Below, piece after piece: positions 23,521-24,292 of a stretch of 24,292 nucleotides of DNA; position 1 is the stretch's first letter; each line of letters opens with the position of its first letter. The notes under the pieces were generated by a model. The model saw only the letters and a program-made list of their open reading frames with translations. It did not search any database and was not told the origin of the DNA. The stretch covers positions 1-24,292 of the IMG/VR virus record IMGVR_UViG_3300014202_000308; one strand, written 5' to 3'. This stretch comes from a virus. Lineage: Duplodnaviria > Caudoviricetes. Both the position numbers and the translations under genes were made by a program.

Positions 23521-24177
23521 ATGACGACTTTAACCGAAGCCCTCCACCCGTTTGAATTCCTGCATTCGCAAGCCAATGGCTCGCGATCGCTCGAAAACAT
23601 CACGGTGATGGATGGGCAAAACCTGAAAGCGGGTGACGTGCTGGGCCTGGTGGCCACCGGCGCCGCTACCTCCGCCGCCAAAGCGGGCGGCAATACCGGC
23701 ACCGGCACCATGGGCGCCGTCACCGTGGGCGCTGCCGCGAAGGTGGGCGCCTACGTGCTCACCATCACGGCAGCGGCCGCCAATGCCGGGACGTTCTCGG
23801 TGGTGGATCCGGACGGCGTGGCGCTGGCGAGCGGCACCGTTGCGGTGGCGTACTCGCAGGGCGGGCTGAGTTTCACCCTGGCGGATGGCGCCACCGATTT
23901 CATCGTCGGCGACGGCTTTGTCATCACGGTCGCATCCGTCCCTGGCAAGCACGCCATCTACAACAACGCGGCCACCAATGGCACCCAGGCCGCCGTCGGC
24001 ATTCTCGCCTACCCGACGGACGCCACCGCTGGCCACACCGGCGCTGTGATGGTTGCGCGCGACGCCGAGGTGAATGCCGGGCAGCTTGGCTGGAACGGCC
24101 AGGACGGCGCCGCCATCGCCGCCGGCACCGCGGATCTTGCGGCGCTCGGCATCATCGCGCGCGCCACCTATCCCTGA
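23521..24177 (+). CDS. Head decoration protein (gpD-like) with an internal Gly/Thr-rich domain
   Basis: EFL.S.ANG.RS.E.IT......L.AG.VLG and G...AVGIL...DAT...ARDAEV motifs; lies between the protease and the capsid gene. Confidence 0.88.
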   Translation: MTTLTEALHPFEFLHSQANGSRSLENITVMDGQNLKAGDVLGLVATGAATSAAKAGGNTGTGTMGAVTVGAAAKVGAYVLTITAAAANAGTFSVVDPDGVALASGTVAVAYSQGGLSFTLADGATDFIVGDGFVITVASVPGKHAIYNNAATNGTQAAVGILAYPTDATAGHTGAVMVARDAEVNAGQLGWNGQDGAAIAAGTADLAALGIIARATYP

Positions 24178-24196
24178 CGCAACCCAGACCCGCAAC

Positions 24197-24221
24197 AAGC
24201 CCGCTTCGGCGGGCTTTTTTT
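24197..24221 (+). terminator. Intrinsic terminator between the decoration and capsid genes
   Basis: AAGCCCGC-TTCG-GCGGGCTT followed by a T run. Confidence 0.85.
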
Positions 24222-24247
24222 ATGCCTAAATTCAGGAGTACAACCCC

Positions 24248-24292
24248 ATGTTGAATATCTTTGCCAACAACGCGTTCAGCGAGGTCCGGCTC
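24248..24292 (+). CDS. Major capsid protein, 5' end only (gpE-like)
   Basis: AGGAG RBS; MLNIFANNAFSEVRL; expected position after the decoration gene. Confidence 0.75.
   Translation, partial: MLNIFANNAFSEVRL

Noticed and set aside
22205-24198. Long minus-strand ORFs (428 aa and 222 aa; likewise 14567-15589, 10579-11622 and 21101-22156)
   Set aside because: Antisense shadows of GC-rich genes with no RBS or motifs.

Overview
This is a GC-rich lambdoid temperate phage or prophage segment from a Gram-negative host, judged by its spanins and lipoproteins. Gene order: partial lipoprotein gene, then cI/cro/cII-like immunity switch with three operators, two small paralogues, a phage tRNA-Met(CAT), O/P-like replication genes with an iteron origin, nin-like genes (HNH, DUF3310-like, VRR-NUC) and the Q antiterminator. 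An accessory block follows (Acb2-like anti-CBASS sponge, Dam-like methylase, unknowns), then a late promoter, the lysis cassette and the terminase. After the terminase sits a 2.67-kb inserted fibre-like cassette bounded by a duplicated gpW 5' end and a tiny IS200/IS605 remnant. The window ends with gpW, portal, a second DNA methyltransferase, S49 protease/scaffold, head decoration protein and the start of the major capsid gene. The most unusual signals are four. (1) A complete zinc-finger HNH-type endonuclease gene is overprinted in another frame inside the open methyltransferase gene, with no intein or evident intron. (2) Integron attC-architecture hairpins lie antisense to genes in the anti-defence block. 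(3) Some intergenic DNA is stitched from short copies of neighbouring genes. (4) The tRNA has mixed initiator and elongator identity elements. All family calls come from motif recognition by eye, not database searches.
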